The notes under the pieces were generated by a model. That model had not been told where the DNA came from, made no database searches, and worked only from the letters and a program-made list of their open reading frames with translations. The translations under genes were made by a program, and so were the position numbers. Shown piece by piece: positions 25,630 through 40,502 of a stretch of DNA of 64,000 nt; the stretch's first letter is position 1, and each line of letters opens with the position of its first letter. Source of the DNA: Lingula anatina (lineage: Eukaryota; Animalia; Brachiopoda); the NCBI GenBank assembly GCA_051362555.1, contig CM120647.1, positions 4,960,001 to 5,024,000 on the forward strand. Reading direction: 5' to 3'.

Positions 25630-28600
25630 ATGAAGCGATTCTATGCATTTCTTCTGACGGCTACTTTGTTGGTAACAGGGGGGTATGCGTTAGACTATAT
25701 TGCCCAGGGAAAAGGTAAGTTCTTGTTAAATGCATTCTGTAAACTGTCGTTGAATGAGACAACTGCAAGACCCCCTTTACACTTAGCGGTGACGTTCCTT
25801 CAACGACCAACAATATTTCTGAGCGCCTGACTGGACACTAAAACAATAAACATTGTGTAAATTCTAAATCAATTCGTGTACTCCTAAAGCAACCAAGCTG
25901 GCCTTTCCTGTGGGACTGCGAGCTATCCATGCATCCACTGAGAAGCTGGCTTGCCTACTTCGTTCAACCTAAGGCTTACAGCGCGATGATAGTCAATACA
26001 GCCGGTCCCTGATCGACATTTGGGCGGTGTTCGGGGTTTACCCCATAGAGCCCGTCACCGCATATGTGTGGTTCAATTATCGTTTACCCCAAAAGCCCAG
26101 AACCGCATATGTGCGTATCTTGGAAAGATCGTCTTCTGTACTCTTTTGTATCGTGAGTCATGAAATGATATATAGTTTAACATCCGGGTATGTTTCTTGT
26201 CTCTCATTGCCGCCATTTTTTAAGACGATAGAAATATATATGAGCGAGAAAACGACGATTTTCAAGACTTAGTTGGAGAAATTAAATTCAAGATGGCGGC
26301 CCCTCGCTACGGTAGGGACCTGCGAAGGAATACTGTTATTGAAATGATTGAAAACCCGGACTTTGATGAGAAGTTTTCGTGTGACAGTGACATAGACAGT
26401 GACGATGATATTCATTTATTTATTATATAAAGGACGATAGAAATATATATGAGCGAGAAATCGGCGATTTTCTAGACCTAGCTGGAGAAAGTAAAATCAA
26501 AATGGCGACATCTCACTACGGAAGGGGCCTGCGAATGGATACTGTTATTGAAATGATTGAAAACTACGACACTGATAAGGTGTTTTCGAGTGACAGTGAT
26601 ATAGACAGTGGGGATGATATTCCTTTATTCATGATATAAGTTTTATAGATGTTTTTGTCAAAGATGGTGTTAAAATTTGACTTCTATTCAGCTCTGGCCA
26701 CGATATTCAGGTGAGCTGAAAAGCTGGCTCAAGTAGGTATACCTGATAGCAAAACGAGCATAACTTGGAAATTAATGGAGATAACTTGCTGAAATTTCCT
26801 GGATTGAAAGTTACTATAATTGACATCATCTCTGTGAATTTTCAGGCAAATGTATGGAGAAATAAAAAAATTGATGTGCATAAGATAAATCAACTTTGTT
26901 TTATTTCACCCATTACCAAATGAAAATGTAGTTTTTAACCGGCCATAACTCTTGATACTGCATGTTGAATTTAAATGTAATTCTATTTTCATTTACCTTG
27001 GAATATAGGCTTTTAAAAAATGTATACTTTGTATGGGTAATAAAGGCAAACAAATAATAAGGCCAATTTACTGAGGTGACCCGGCTTTTCAAGGCTAGCT
27101 CACAGAATTAATTGGGCACAGCAGAGTTTTATGGGTCAGCATTAAAGGGTTTGCTTCATGCCGTCAGAATGGCCTGAACGGAACATATTCTTCAGAAAAC
27201 ATGCCCAACTAACGATATCTTAATCCAAATACACAAATTAAAAGCTCATTTTGTAAATTTTTGGCTTTAAAAAACGTCCTACTTGCTCGGCCTGGGAGTT
27301 AATGAGCTACGTGGTCACGTGGTCCAATGACGACAATCGAGCCACTGGAGAACAGAGCGTGCTTAGCTGTCAAACTGAGCTGCATTGTCTACCTGTAAGA
27401 TGACTTCTCTATCTGGCTTCTGATAAAAGTTTATACTCATTCAAATCTCTTACCCGAGGGGTCTAAATCCTCGTGAAGCTGTGTAAAACCATTTCCCGTC
27501 TAGTCATTTCTTTAACAAGCATTTCATTATGGTTATCCCAAGTTGTATAAAACACTGCATTTGAATGAGTTAAGGGAAATGTTCATTATTGCATATGAGG
27601 TCCATGTTATTTGTGAAATTCAATTTATTTTATTAAACCGCTGACACTCCGTCTTGCATACTTTTATTAAACTGAGGTAAACAATGCCCGTTACCTTGAC
27701 AAGTCCTATCTTAATCATCCATCTAACTGGAACTTCCTTTACCTCTTAATTAGAGGGTTAAATGGCATTCAATTTGTCTTGCTTGTATCGAACGCACTCT
27801 CTATCTAAGCTTTACTCCAGTTATCTCAGGTAAAAATCTACCTGTGCGTTAGTTACAAAGCGCAGCTCCCGTATACCTGGGGGTACTACAGGGGTAGATA
27901 AAATCTGAACACCAGGTTTATCGAGGAGCTAGAGAAAGAAAGGAAGAATTTTTCCTGCACAACTTCATAGGAATTTTAACACGGACTTGATCCAGCTTAG
28001 ATCTCCAAACTAACAGGGTGACATGGGCAATTTTCACAAACAAATCATAAAACTATATTTCAGTTAACCGCCTTTAAAATAAATATACCGTTCTGGGTAA
28101 ATTAAAATAGTTATTACATCGCAAGAATATTTTTGACTTAAATGATGATTTTATTATTAATGGAAATTAAGCTACTATATGAGGTACATTTGCTGTGATT
28201 ACGGTACGCTGTCCTTCATGTTTTGCGTAAGTCTACATTTTGCTGTATGTGCGTGTAATCTTTTTAAATATGTGCGTACAATTTTTGCAGGTCTGGTTAC
28301 CCCCCTGTTATGTGATGAGAGTATTAATTTGGCAATTAGTTCCTTAGCTTATTTGAATAGAATTGCAGTGTAAAATTTTCAACAAGATGTTGGCGAAATA
28401 GCCCATTACTCTTTGTAGGTATTTCCCCCGTCAAAGTTTGTCTAAAATTATCTTTCAATCTTTACTCTTTCAAAGACAGTATAAAGTTAATTACCTGACA
28501 TATTTTCGTGTAAACTTAATGACAAGCCAAGTGTCTCCAGTTCATTCCGTACTCAATTTTACCCAAGCAAATTTTTTTCTTGAGTAGATCTTTATAATAG

Positions 28601-30837
28601 CACGGTGTTATAAGCTTACAAATTTGCAAAAAAAAAAAAAAAAAAATGCGTACTGACGCAGAATTTGCGTTTCAAGTTATAAAATGATCAATCTTTTAAA
28701 TTATTTAATATTTCAGATGAAATAATCTTCAGAAACAAATCCTCAAAGCATAAACGAATTAGGATAACGAACCATTTTATTATAGCAGTTCCCATTTTTT
28801 CTTTAATATAACGCTCTTTTTCCTGTTTTTCCTCAACACGTTTTCTTCCACGGAAGCTTCAAGATACCCTGAGAGCAATTTCTTTTATTAATGTTCGCGA
28901 CCGTGTTTGAACTTAATTGTTTAAGTATTGATATTTAACGTCATTTACAAATACCAATAAAATAACCCCATGAAATAAATGATCATGAGATATATTGAAA
29001 AATATGAAAGCCCACCAAGATGAGTTTCATACCTGTTATTACCTGGCTTGGGAATTGCAGCGGTGCATAATTAACAGGTTTGTTGTAAACGAGCTTTTGG
29101 TCAACTACAATGCATTTAAAATGCATCAGCAATCAGTAAGTTTGCCAACTGATGACAGTTAATCTGAAAGACTACCAGCTCTTGATATGATCTAAACCAC
29201 CTGAGGTGACCATGATCTAGAGCATCGCAACTATTGTCACCGAAGTTAGTAAGTAAGTCACGGAAGACCGTCACAGACAAAGAAAGATTGTCAATGAGAG
29301 CTGCAATTTTGCTGAATCCCACGGCAACACACCGAGGCATAACGAAAATTCCTCAACTCCGTTCTACACAACTTTCCTTAACTTCTCCGTCTGTATGCAA
29401 CATGCAGCTCAGAGTCTCATAGACCTTTATCGTGATTGTCGTCACAGTACCACGTGACCCAGATCTGTTGCTTCATTTTTGCATATTGAGGTGAGGTTTA
29501 CTAAAACGCTTTTTTTTCTACTAATAGATTGTTTTTATAATTTTTAAATGGCGGGGATCGATTAAAACATACCTCTAGTGTATAGACTGAGTGCTGTATC
29601 TTCAAAATTCGAGAACTGGATTTTTACATGAACATTGTCCTTTAACTGGATCCTATGGGGTTAACTGCCCTGAGTGTAAGGGTACTATAAAGCTAGCTTG
29701 CTCATTATTCATACCTTTGCAAGGGGTGCTTTACAGTGGCCCTGACGAACAATTTTGAGTATCCGTCAATATTTACTGTATTTAAGATGTGAATTGAAAA
29801 ATTAATAATATATTTTGAAGAAAAGGATATACCAGATGTTTATTTATTTTATTTATTTATTTATTTATTTTTTTTTTGGGGGGGGAGGGGGCTCATCAAA
29901 AACATTTGCTCCTGAAAATATAAACACAATACACGTGCCTGCCGTGTGCAACTTTTGACAGATACAGTATGACGGTACCACTATCTGCGCGATGGCTGCA
30001 CCAAAAATCACTTTTTAAAGCAGAAGATATTCTTAGTTCAAACTTCAAACTCCGCGTCAGCCACTTTGCTTTTTTTTTTTTTTTTTGTCTCGTCTGCACG
30101 AGATGACGTCAGCTCAAGGAGGGAAAGGCAGCTCCAGACGGGACAGATCTGTAACGTACGAGACATGTGACTTCCAAATATGGAAACGCCCCTGGCAAAA
30201 TTTTGCCGAACATACCCCAAATCTGACAAGTGGCTACAGTCAGTATTGCTGATATGGGTTACATATGAAACCAAGATCGAGCTAGCAATACTGACATCTA
30301 GAACCTATGGTAGTTTTAACCTAAGTTCCATATAAGTAAATGTGCACCTTGTTTGCCATACCTTATACCTTAATTTGCGCCAACATTTCGTAAAAGTCAT
30401 ATTTTCTTTCAAAAACACAGAAATATTTAATCACACCCCCTTTACACAGAAAATTGATCCTTGCGCCACCTTTGTGCGGCCATATAAAATGACTGAGTCA
30501 CCACTGGAGACTAAAAGCAGCATCAGGTGATTTGCCGGATTTTCACGAGTCGCATTTAACGTCTTGGTTGTCGCAAATTTTGAGCATGTTCACATCACTC
30601 GAACAGGTCGAGGTAGTGAGTTAACATTTACGATTTTTACTACCATATGGACTTGTCTGCTGTATTTTGCTTTATTTTTATTGCATAATTACTTTTAATT
30701 TGAATCGGTTTTACTTCTTTATTATCTCCATTATTTGACTTATTAATATGTTATTCATTAAAACAATATTTTATTCTAAACTACATGACCGTGTGTAAAA
30801 AAAGTGAACATAAACATACTCAACCCGTTTTGCCCTC

Positions 30838-30882
<45 letters not shown>

Positions 30883-32297
30883 ACAGTCCATAGAGGGAGG
30901 CTCAAGGAAGGCAGAAAAGAGGCACAAGTATCACTTGGGTTGTAGAATGTATGTCCATTGATCGGTCAGTGGCCGGCACATAATGTAGATGCAACTTTAC
31001 CAATTCATCTGTGCTTGGCTATTTTTACACAGAGGCAGGAAATCTGATAGTAACAGCTCCACACCAAACTTAATATTCTATTACTATTGTTTGTCAGTTA
31101 TTGAACCAGATAGTTTACTAGAACAATTTCGGTCGCAGTTCGGATGCAGTTCTCGTCCTAGCTTTTGTGGACGCTTAGGTCCTCAATCTATAGGGTTTGT
31201 CAAGATTTAAAGTAGGCACAGGGATCGCTGTAGCATTTACACAAAGGCACGATTTTCTTGCTTTGGGGACGTCCTGGTCATATTAATGGTCGTCCAAGGG
31301 CGACACAAATGTTATAGCTCTGTGTAAAGTGGGCCTAACCAGTTGATTATGATCTCAAGAAAATACCGACTTCCATTTTTTTTTTTCTTAGAAATCATGT
31401 CTTCCTCATATATTCATTGTTTGTCTTTCCTACTATAATTTTAATTTGCACTTTCGATTAGTGTACAATAAAGGTTAGAGCATTCCTTAATACAATATAT
31501 ACATTTTACCATCGTCTCAATCAACATGTTATGACATCACTATGAAAACTATGTTGCGTGAAATTACTAGGGGCATCAAGGAAGGCAAGTCAGCTCTCTG
31601 GGATTTTAAAGATTCTCCTCACTCCATGTTCCTACACGTACACCTCCTGTAGAAACCCATATCTAGATATTGTGTTTGCATTGGACGCCAGCAGCAGCAT
31701 TAATTCAACACAGTTTCAGACACAGAAAGATGCATTAAAGGTAATGGATTTCTGTTTGATATTTAACGCAATTTAGAACATAATTATATCCTTCAAGAAA
31801 CTCTGCTTTACTGTTTGCAGGTGTTGATACATAACGCTCAAGGGATGGACACCCTTACTTTGTCTTGTTTCCTGAAATTTACAAAACACAGCGTGGTTTT
31901 CAATATTCCCCGTGTGATTGAATAGCCAATTTACATGTCAGGTGAAATACCCCTAACTACTGCACCTATACACACAGTAATAATGATCGTTTATTATAGA
32001 CAGACTAATTTTTAAAATGGACAATCAAGTGTTCTGCGTACCATATTTCTTGACAATGCAGAAATTAAAACCCATTTACTCTTGTTCATTTCAGATTATT
32101 GTCACAATCGTTAATTTCTTCCGTCGCATTCGCCCTGGTGGATCCCGGGTTGGTGCTTTGACGTTTTCCGATGATGTGACGAGAGAGTTCGAGCTGAATG
32201 AACACACTGACTTGGCCAGCGTTATAGCTTACATAGATGCGATTGATAAAATCGGTGGGTCTCTCTCTCTCTGTCTCTCTCTCTCTCTCTCTGTCTG

Positions 32298-32350
<53 letters not shown>

Positions 32351-33405
32351 AACGCATATACACATACACACGGAAACACATACATGTATCTTTTAAAAGA
32401 GTATTTTTTCTTGAATTCAGTGTAACTCTCAAAATTCTTTCTTCATAAAGATTTTTTTTAAATTCAAAACGTTTTAACCTAACGATATTGATAAGAACAC
32501 AGCATTATTATTATTATTATTTGTATTATTTGTATTATATTATTTGTACCGAAGGTGGTCTAACGAACGGAAAACTGGCCTTGGAAACCGCGCAGCTCAT
32601 GTTTGAAGAATTTTTCGTGAAAGAGAACGTGAAGTTAATATGGCTACTTTCCGATGGGGTGTTCACCCATGGCAGTCCGCGACTGAGAGCAACGCACATT
32701 AAGAAACTAGGTTAGTGTATCTTTAGGGATGAAGTCCACACTCAGTCTGAAAAAAGCCTTACCTGGATCTTAGCAGGCTTTGATGTGTTTCACAATGTAA
32801 GACCTCTTTCCCATACCTATATCGATTTAACAAGTCTGACCCATCTCCGAAGGGTTTCTCGCTAAATTGCACTCAGCTTAAGTGGCTCACATGCCTGACA
32901 CGCCTACTAAAGCAGTAAGGGGTAATTATCAATCGATAATTATGTATCGATCTAGATACGGGAATTGGGTCTAAAATGTTATCAATAATACTTTTTTGGG
33001 CATTGTCTTGGAAATTTTATTTCGTTTATAGAATTGACAATAAGCCAATTGGTTATTATAGAGGGAACTACTGTACTCTTGTATCGTGTTAGAGTGCTTG
33101 ACCGAAATGTATACATCTTATACCTGTGTATAATATTTGTCCGCAATCAATTTAACACGCGTAATACGTCCACAATTGCCCCTTGTACACAATCTATCGA
33201 TTTTCATCTGAAGAAGAATTACTTTTTTGTTTGTTAATTAGCCATCTGTTTTTTTCCAGGTTGGTTCATCTGCGTGATTGGTATTGGTGACAATGTGAAT
33301 GACGAGGAACTGAAAGCCATAGCCTCCCCAGGTTGCTATTTCAAATTTAAAAGCTTCCCAGAGTACCTGCAAGTCGTAGGGGTGGCTCGTTCCCAACTAC
33401 TGTAG
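25630..33405 (+). CDS. Secreted single-VWA-domain protein, copy 4 (238 aa, basic/neutral subfamily)
   Basis: Exons 25630-25714, 31571-31740, 32095-32254, 32555-32710, 33260-33405, in frame. Signal MKRFYAFLLTATLLVTGGYA; DIVFALDASSSI, GGLTN, LLSDG. Intron 1 is enlarged by transposon insertions. Confidence 0.88.
26222..26640 (+). repeat. 209-bp tandem duplication, each unit with a 45-aa ORF (26293-26430, 26502-26639)
   Basis: MAAPRYGRDLRRNTVIEMIENPDFDEKFSCDSDIDSDDDIHLFII* and MATSHYGRGLRMDTVIEMIENYDTDKVFSSDSDIDSGDDIPLFMI*. Confidence 0.85.
27146..29641. mobile_element. TTAA-flanked Kolobok-like element nested in the piggyBac-like element
   Basis: TTAA|AGGGTTTGCTTCATG...CATGAACATTGTCCT|TTAA imperfect TIRs. 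Segment ~29140-29520 recurs inverted at ~57640-58025. Confidence 0.5.
32801..32971. mobile_element. Harbinger-type MITE in VWA-4 intron 4
   Basis: TAA|GACCTCTTTCCCATACCTATATCGA...TCGATCTAGATACGGGAATTGGGTC|TAA. Confidence 0.75.
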
Positions 33406-35787
33406 TACAACCCCGTGTCTATAGTTGAATTTAATATATTTGTGCTTGAGCGTAATACCGTCTATATACGGTATCATTTAGCTGCACAGGAAAGCATGCA
33501 TAAAAAACCATAGTAATTGTACTCAAAATAGTTGAAAACCAACATTATTAAAGGTTTGTGGAATAATAATGATACCAATAAATGCCCATATTTTAAACCT
33601 TGTCATTTAGGTGTTACTTATCGACGTAGTTGTGTTCCGCATTTTTCATTCCTAAAAACGATTTACTTCTTCACCAATGTAGGGTTTTACGATAAGCATG
33701 GCCTCTTGTGTACATCATATGTTTCACAATTCATAATTATTATGCTGATAGGCAAGTGAAATTTTCATGAAAAAAAAAAAAAAAAAAAAAAAAACAGAAA
33801 GGCTTATATGATTCAACATTTAAGAATTTTGAGAGATGAACTTATTAAGATCGTTTTGAAGTGACAACTTCTAATATTTTAAAACTGATATGACCCTTTT
33901 TGGACGTCTGTATCAAGAAAACACCTTTACTATAAACATAATATAACTGCACATAACGGCACGCTATTGGCATCATAGTCTAAACAATAAAAGAGTTTCA
34001 ATATTACCATGGCCCATTTATTCTAGCAAAACAAAACATTAAAAATATAAAAAATAAAAACATTCAACCTCGTTATCAAAATTTTCGTATTGCACAGCAC
34101 TGAGAGGTTATGAGGGGGTCAGAGGGGTCCGTTATCAGGGGGTTCGGTTTGTCGAAAAATATATCACACCAATATTCCTCTCTTGACATTCGAATTTTGA
34201 CTAACTAAATCATAGTTCTAAACCGCACCAAAGGGCATCGTTTGCTCTCCAACACACCAAAAAAATTTGGGGACACAAGGGGCCGATGGTCGGCTTCCGT
34301 ACCTGTCGTTCTGGACCCCCCCCCCCCTTCAAATAATCCTGGTTCTGCCCCTGTACGGCATTAATATGTATAACTCGTATCACTGTATGATGAGGACACG
34401 AACAAAACATCCTGCCTGGATTTAAGAACCGTCTTTTGCCTCCAAATTCTACAAACAATAAATTATGTAATAAATAGACCGGCCGCGGCCTTTTTTTTGT
34501 GATTATATTTATTACAAATAATAACCAAGAAGTATTTTAAATGAGGCAATTTTACGGATTTCAGAAAAAAAATAATTTTTTTAGAGGCTGTAAATCAAAT
34601 CAGGCCCGCAGCCAGGGGGGGCTCCGTCCTATTCTCTGAACCAAAATGTGATCTAGATTCTATGTCATTTCTCAGGTTGGGTCAGCTTAGGAGGTTCGTT
34701 GTCTATTGAAAAGTTAACTGAGGAAGCTTGCTTGTTAAAAAATAAACAAAGCCTAGGTACAGCTAAAACAGAAATAAACTTGAGAATCGCGAGGAGAAGA
34801 TCGCAAACAACGGGGACCTGACTGGAAGCGACGGTCGGAGGGTTATATAACTGGGCACGCGCATTGATTATGTAGCTTGGGTCATGCATTCCTCACTTTT
34901 TTAAAATATTATTAAAATAATCAGACGTAATCAGATGTGTTTTTCTTTTTTTTTTTTTATTGTGGTAGTTGAGAGGACATCCACTGTACAATGACCAAGT
35001 AACACCTTTTGGTCAAGGTCAATGATCCTATATCGCAATAGATAAACACCATTTAAAATTTCTGGATCACCACTTAAATCTAACCAATTGTAAGCTTGCC
35101 CATTTCCAACCTATCTTAAAATTTTGTTCAAAATCCATCTAAATCATGTTGGGTTAGGCTCGTGTTGAACATACAAACAGTTAGTCAGAAAGACAAAAGG
35201 TGGTAAAAACATGGGTGAAATAAAGAACGAACTCCTAGCCGAAGGTATCTTTAATCTTGAGTGTTAACTCGTGTACAACATTCACACTTAAAATGGATAT
35301 ACGGGCACTATATATGCATTGCACGGATATTGTAGCCAAATGCAAGCCATCTGAACCTCTTAACTTAGAAAGTTTTGGGCGGCTTTTGAAAATATTCAGA
35401 AATGGGCTAAAATGTATCTATTACATTTTGGTGGTTATCGATATAAATTTGATTTTGTCTTGAACTGGCAGAGGTCTGTGCTCTCTTTTTTCATCTTAAA
35501 ATGTGTTTTAGAACAATTTAGAAGTAGTTTGCGGGATTTCTCTCATGAGAGTATTTTAATATATATTTTTTTTTACCTAGCCACGGCAACATAAACAATA
35601 TGACACAACGCGGCATCAGTCATAAATTCGCGCGCGGTGGCAGTGGTTTTGGAGAAAGAACATATCTCGCACAAAAAATCGCCCAACATATTAGACAAAT
35701 TGCAATTAAAATCGAATCGAAAATCGTATACGATCTTGAATTTAACCCCCCTCTCCCAACACACTCACAAAAGGACACATACACTGT

Positions 35788-35828
<41 letters not shown>

Positions 35829-36157
35829 TCTGAGTGCAAAGAGCAGGGAGCTCACGGTTTCTGATGCACGAATTAAGTTAATAAATTTTACCGGTACCCC
35901 GCACCCCTGAGTTGGCCTACTTCCCATGTGTCTGCTAAAAAAAAAAAAAGAAAGAAAAAAATATACATCACGTTACTGCATTTATTATCAGGTTCCTTTG
36001 GAATAATCCAACCATCAAATGCTTCACTAATCTAGTGCCTGAGCCTGAGTCCATTGTCAAACCGCATAGGCGCAATCAATCCGTAAACCCAAACCCCACC
36101 TTGAAGTTTAAATCGGTCCTCTCTAACCTCCCATTACACCGGGCTTACGAAGAAAAT

Positions 36158-36605
36158 ATCGTGTTTGCCTTGTGCCAAGTTTGACAGCTACACTGTATGC
36201 CCGATACCACTATAAGGGCTGCGCAATGGATACATCAAAATCAGTTTTTAAAGCAGAATGTTGCTTCTATTGTGGCGCTGACCTTCGACTGCAAGATATT
36301 TTCAATTCAAACTTCGTCAGGCACTTTGCTTCTTGTCTCGTCTGCACGAGATAACTTCAGAGCGAGGCGGCAAAGGCAGCTCCAGGCGGCTAAACCTGTG
36401 ACGTACGAGACTTATGACTTCCAAATATGGATCCAGGCGGACACAGCTGTGACGTGTGACTTCCAAATATGGAAGCGCCCCAGGCAAAATTGTGAAGAAA
36501 AAAGCCCTCAGATTGTTGCTGTTCGTCAGAGCTAGTAAAAGCGACTCCATCACAAGGTATATTTAAGCTAGTTAGCTTTTACGTTGCTCTGACATTCATG
36601 GTAAA
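36158..36605 (+). mobile_element. Dispersed repeat (DNA-transposon fragment); copies at ~29930-30310, ~38560-38660, ~58840-59292
   Basis: Near-identical to 58845-59290 over ~440 bp. The end of the 30240-30310 copy is the inverted complement of ~58520-58595, suggesting TIRs. Confidence 0.75.
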
Positions 36606-37931
36606 TTTATGCTCCCAGTTTTAAATCATATAGTGATTTTACGACAATCGCTTACTGTCCAATCAAGATGACAGCCGAGCGTGATTATTGGTGCAGTCCC
36701 CGTGCGTATTAGACCACTCTCGTCGTAATAAGAAAGAAACGAGCATCTCCAAACTCGGGAATATTTATACATTTTATTATTCATATGCCTCTTTACAGCA
36801 ACAAAAGGGGGGGGGGAGCAAAAACATCATGAGGTTTATGTGGAGGGGTACAGAGTTACACAGAGGCAGATGAAGATAAAGGAATCAGTGAATGACATTT
36901 TATGGTTTAACTATCCATTATCACCACATGACCAAAGCAGCCCAAAACTGGCATCATCAGCGACGCATCAACAAGATGAACTGAAAAAAAAAAAAACGCC
37001 CAAATGAAAAATGTGTTTATACCCGTGCCGACATAGGAGAATATTACAATTCCTGTTTGAAGACATGGTCAGAAGGGTGGGGCCATTTCAAGAACAATTC
37101 AAGAACTGGCTATCCTACTAAATATCCATACTGACATTATGTCGTAATCAATGAGATATCTGGCCTGTAAACATGTGGTTAGTATTCAGTTGGCATGGAC
37201 ACATTTCAAAATGTGAAATCTAACATATCCAATCGCTATTAAACTTATAGTAACAAGGCGTAATGCTCGTCATCCTCTGTACATCCCTCAAAGCCATGTG
37301 TGTTTATTTTCTGCTGTGGCGCCGGACGCAATGATTATCTCATTTAAGTGCCCAGTTCTAGTTTTGTTAAAAAGTTGTTGTCCCAAAGAACATGTTGTTG
37401 GCAGAAAGTAAACATTAAACGAGCGCACGTTAAGGCATTATAGTGGACCATGGATGCATTTAGACTATCATTAAAACAGACAGCTATGGTCTTCAAGTCT
37501 ATCTTGAAGTATCGTTTTCTTTAAGACGTTTGTCCCAATTTATTGCATGAATGTGTATTTTGAAACAAACCAATTGCAGAATTTAGTTTGGATCGTTCCT
37601 TGCTTTGCAATTCGTTTTGTTATAGGTAATTCTATGTCGTTATCATTTGGAGCGCAAGGGCGGTTTTATAGAAGGGATGTGTAAACGCGGCCGGTGAGTG
37701 TACATCTTACCCCTCAGTTAATACAAAAGTCACATATATGTTATGATAGACAGCCATATTCTCTAGTAGCAGACTGCCATAAAATTTGTCCTTGGCGATT
37801 ACATTGGCCATAGGCAATAACAACACAATCAGCGTGCCAGAGGCGCATCCGTTGTTAGTATTATATAAGACAGCGCAGCTACTAGTTACGTTATGCAGAT
37901 CCAACGCTGGTTGTCGACAGTCAGAATCGAT

Positions 37932-40130
37932 ATGAAGCGATTATATGCATTTCTTCTGACTGCTGCTTTGTTGGTGACAGGGGGGTATGCGTCGGACTAT
38001 ATTGTCCAGGGAAAAGGTAAGTTCTTGTTAAATGCATTCTGTAAACTGTCGTTGACTGAGACAACTGCCAGCCCCCCTTTACACTTAGTGGTGACCTTTG
38101 TGCGTTCCTTTAACGACCAACAGTATTTCTAAGCGCCCGACTGGACACTAAAACAATAAACCTTGTGTACATTCTCAATCAATTCGTGTGCTTCTAAAGC
38201 GACCAAGCTGGCCTCTCCGATGGGACTGCGAACTACTGGTGCATCCACTGAAATGCTGGCATGCATACCTCCTTCAACCTACGACTTCCAACGCGATGGT
38301 AGTCAATACGGCGGCCTCTGAACGACATTTGAGCGGTGTTCGGGTTTAACTGCCCTGAGAGTAAGGGCACTATAAACTAGCTTGCTCATTATTCATACCT
38401 TTGCATGGAGTGCTTAACAGTGGCCCTGACGAACAGCGGCACTTTTGAGTATCCGTCAATATTTACTGTATTTAAGATGCGAATTGAAAAATTAATAATA
38501 TATTTTGAAGAAATGATATACCAGATGTTTTTTTAACATTTGCCCCTGAAGATATAAACACAATACACGTGCCTGCCGTGTGCAAATTTTGACAGCTACA
38601 GTATGTCGGTACCACTATAAGGACTGCGCAATGGCTGCACAAACATCAGATTTAAAGCAGTAAAAACTTGATTATATTCAACCTGATTTGTCATCTTTAA
38701 ATAAAGTTTATTATTATTATTATCATTATTATTATTATTACGGTCCATAATTTAAAGGGAGTCTCAAGCAAAGGAGAAAGGAGGCACAAGTATCACTTGG
38801 TTTGTAGAATGTATGCCCATTGATCGGTCAGTGGTCGGCACATAATAGATGCAATTTTACTCATTCATCCTTGCTAGGTTATTTTTTCCTCAGAGGCTAG
38901 ATATCTGATAGTAACAAATACAATGATTCAAACCAAACTTAATATCCTATTAATTTATTGTTTGTCAATTCTTGGACCATATAGTCTACTAGAACGATTT
39001 CGGTCGCAGTTCATGATGCAGTTCTTGTCATAGTTTTTGTGGACGCATATAGGTCTTCAATCTATAGGGTTTGTCAAGTTCAAAGTATACACAAATAAAA
39101 GATCTTTGTAGCGTTTACACAGAGGCAAGATTTGCTTGCTTTAGGAACATCCTGGCCTTATTAGTGGTCGTCCAAGGGAGGCAAAAAGGTTATAGCTCTG
39201 TGTAAAGTGGGCCTAACCAGTTTATTTTGATCCAAAGAAAATACCGACCTCCATTTTTTTTCTTAGAAATCATGTCTACCTCATATAATTTTAATTTGCA
39301 TTTTCGATAAGTGTGCAATAAAGGTCTGACAATGCCTTAATACAATATATACATTTTACCATCGTCTTAATCAATATGTTATGACATCGCTATGAAAACG
39401 TTTCTAAATTATGTTGCATGAAATTACAAGGGGCATCAACGAAGGCAAGTCAACTCTCTAGGATTTTAAAGATTCTCCTCACTCCATGTTCCTACACGTA
39501 CAGTTCCTGCAGGAACCCATATCTTGATGTTGTGTTTGCATTGGACGCCAGCAGCAGCATTAATTCAACACAGTTTCAGACACAGAAAGATGCATCAAAG
39601 GTAATGGAATTCTGTTTGATAATTAACGCAAATTAGAACATATATCCTTCAAGAAACTCTGCTTTAGTGTTTGCAAGTGTTGCTACATAAGGCTCAAGGG
39701 ATGGATACCCTTACTTTGTCTAGTTTCCTGCAATTTACAAGACAAAACTTGTTTTGCAAAATGTCCCGTGTCTATGAATATCCAATTTACATGTCAGGTG
39801 CAATATCACTAACCACTGCACCTTTGCACAAAGTAATAATGATCGTTTATTATAGACATACTTATTTTTAAAATGGAAAATCAAGTGTTCTGCGTTTATG
39901 TAACATTTTTAAGACAATGACCTTGACAATTCAGTAATTAAAATCCATTTAATCTTGTTCATTTCAGTTTATTGCCACAATCGTTAATATCTTCCGTCGC
40001 ATTCGCCCTGGTGGATCCCGTGTGGGTGCCTTGACGTTTGCCGATGATGTGATGAGAAAGTTCGAGCTGAATGAACACACTGACTTGGCCAGCGTTATAG
40101 CTTACATAGATGCAATTGATCAAAGCGGTG

Positions 40131-40173
<43 letters not shown>

Positions 40174-40292
40174 TACACACGCACACACACAAACACACAC
40201 ACACACACACAAGCGTTTGCGTGTACATTGCCGAGGTTAATGAAACCGATCCAACTCTCTCTCTCTATCTCTCTCTCGCTCTCTCTCTCTCT

Positions 40293-40334
<42 letters not shown>

Positions 40335-40466
40335 CGGAAACACACACGTATTTAAAAAAACATTTTCTTGAATTCAGTGTAACTCTCAAAAATATTTCTT
40401 CATTTAGATTTTTATAAATTTGAAACGTTTTAACATAACGATATTAATAAAACACATAACACTATG

Positions 40467-40502
<36 letters not shown>

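Larger units (their letters stand above)
26041..29660 (+). mobile_element. Non-autonomous piggyBac-like element (3.6 kb) in VWA-4 intron 1
   Basis: TTTA|CCCCATAG...CTATGGGG|TTAA; empty site in VWA-5 intron 1 (CGGGTTTAACTGCCC, ~38341-38355). Carries two short ORFs resembling a piggyBac transposase acidic N-terminus. Confidence 0.8.

Noticed and set aside
36197-36535. 112-aa ORF repeated at 58885-59223
   Set aside because: Lies within a recent dispersed repeat, has no ATG-supported gene structure or recognisable domain, and other copies are disrupted.
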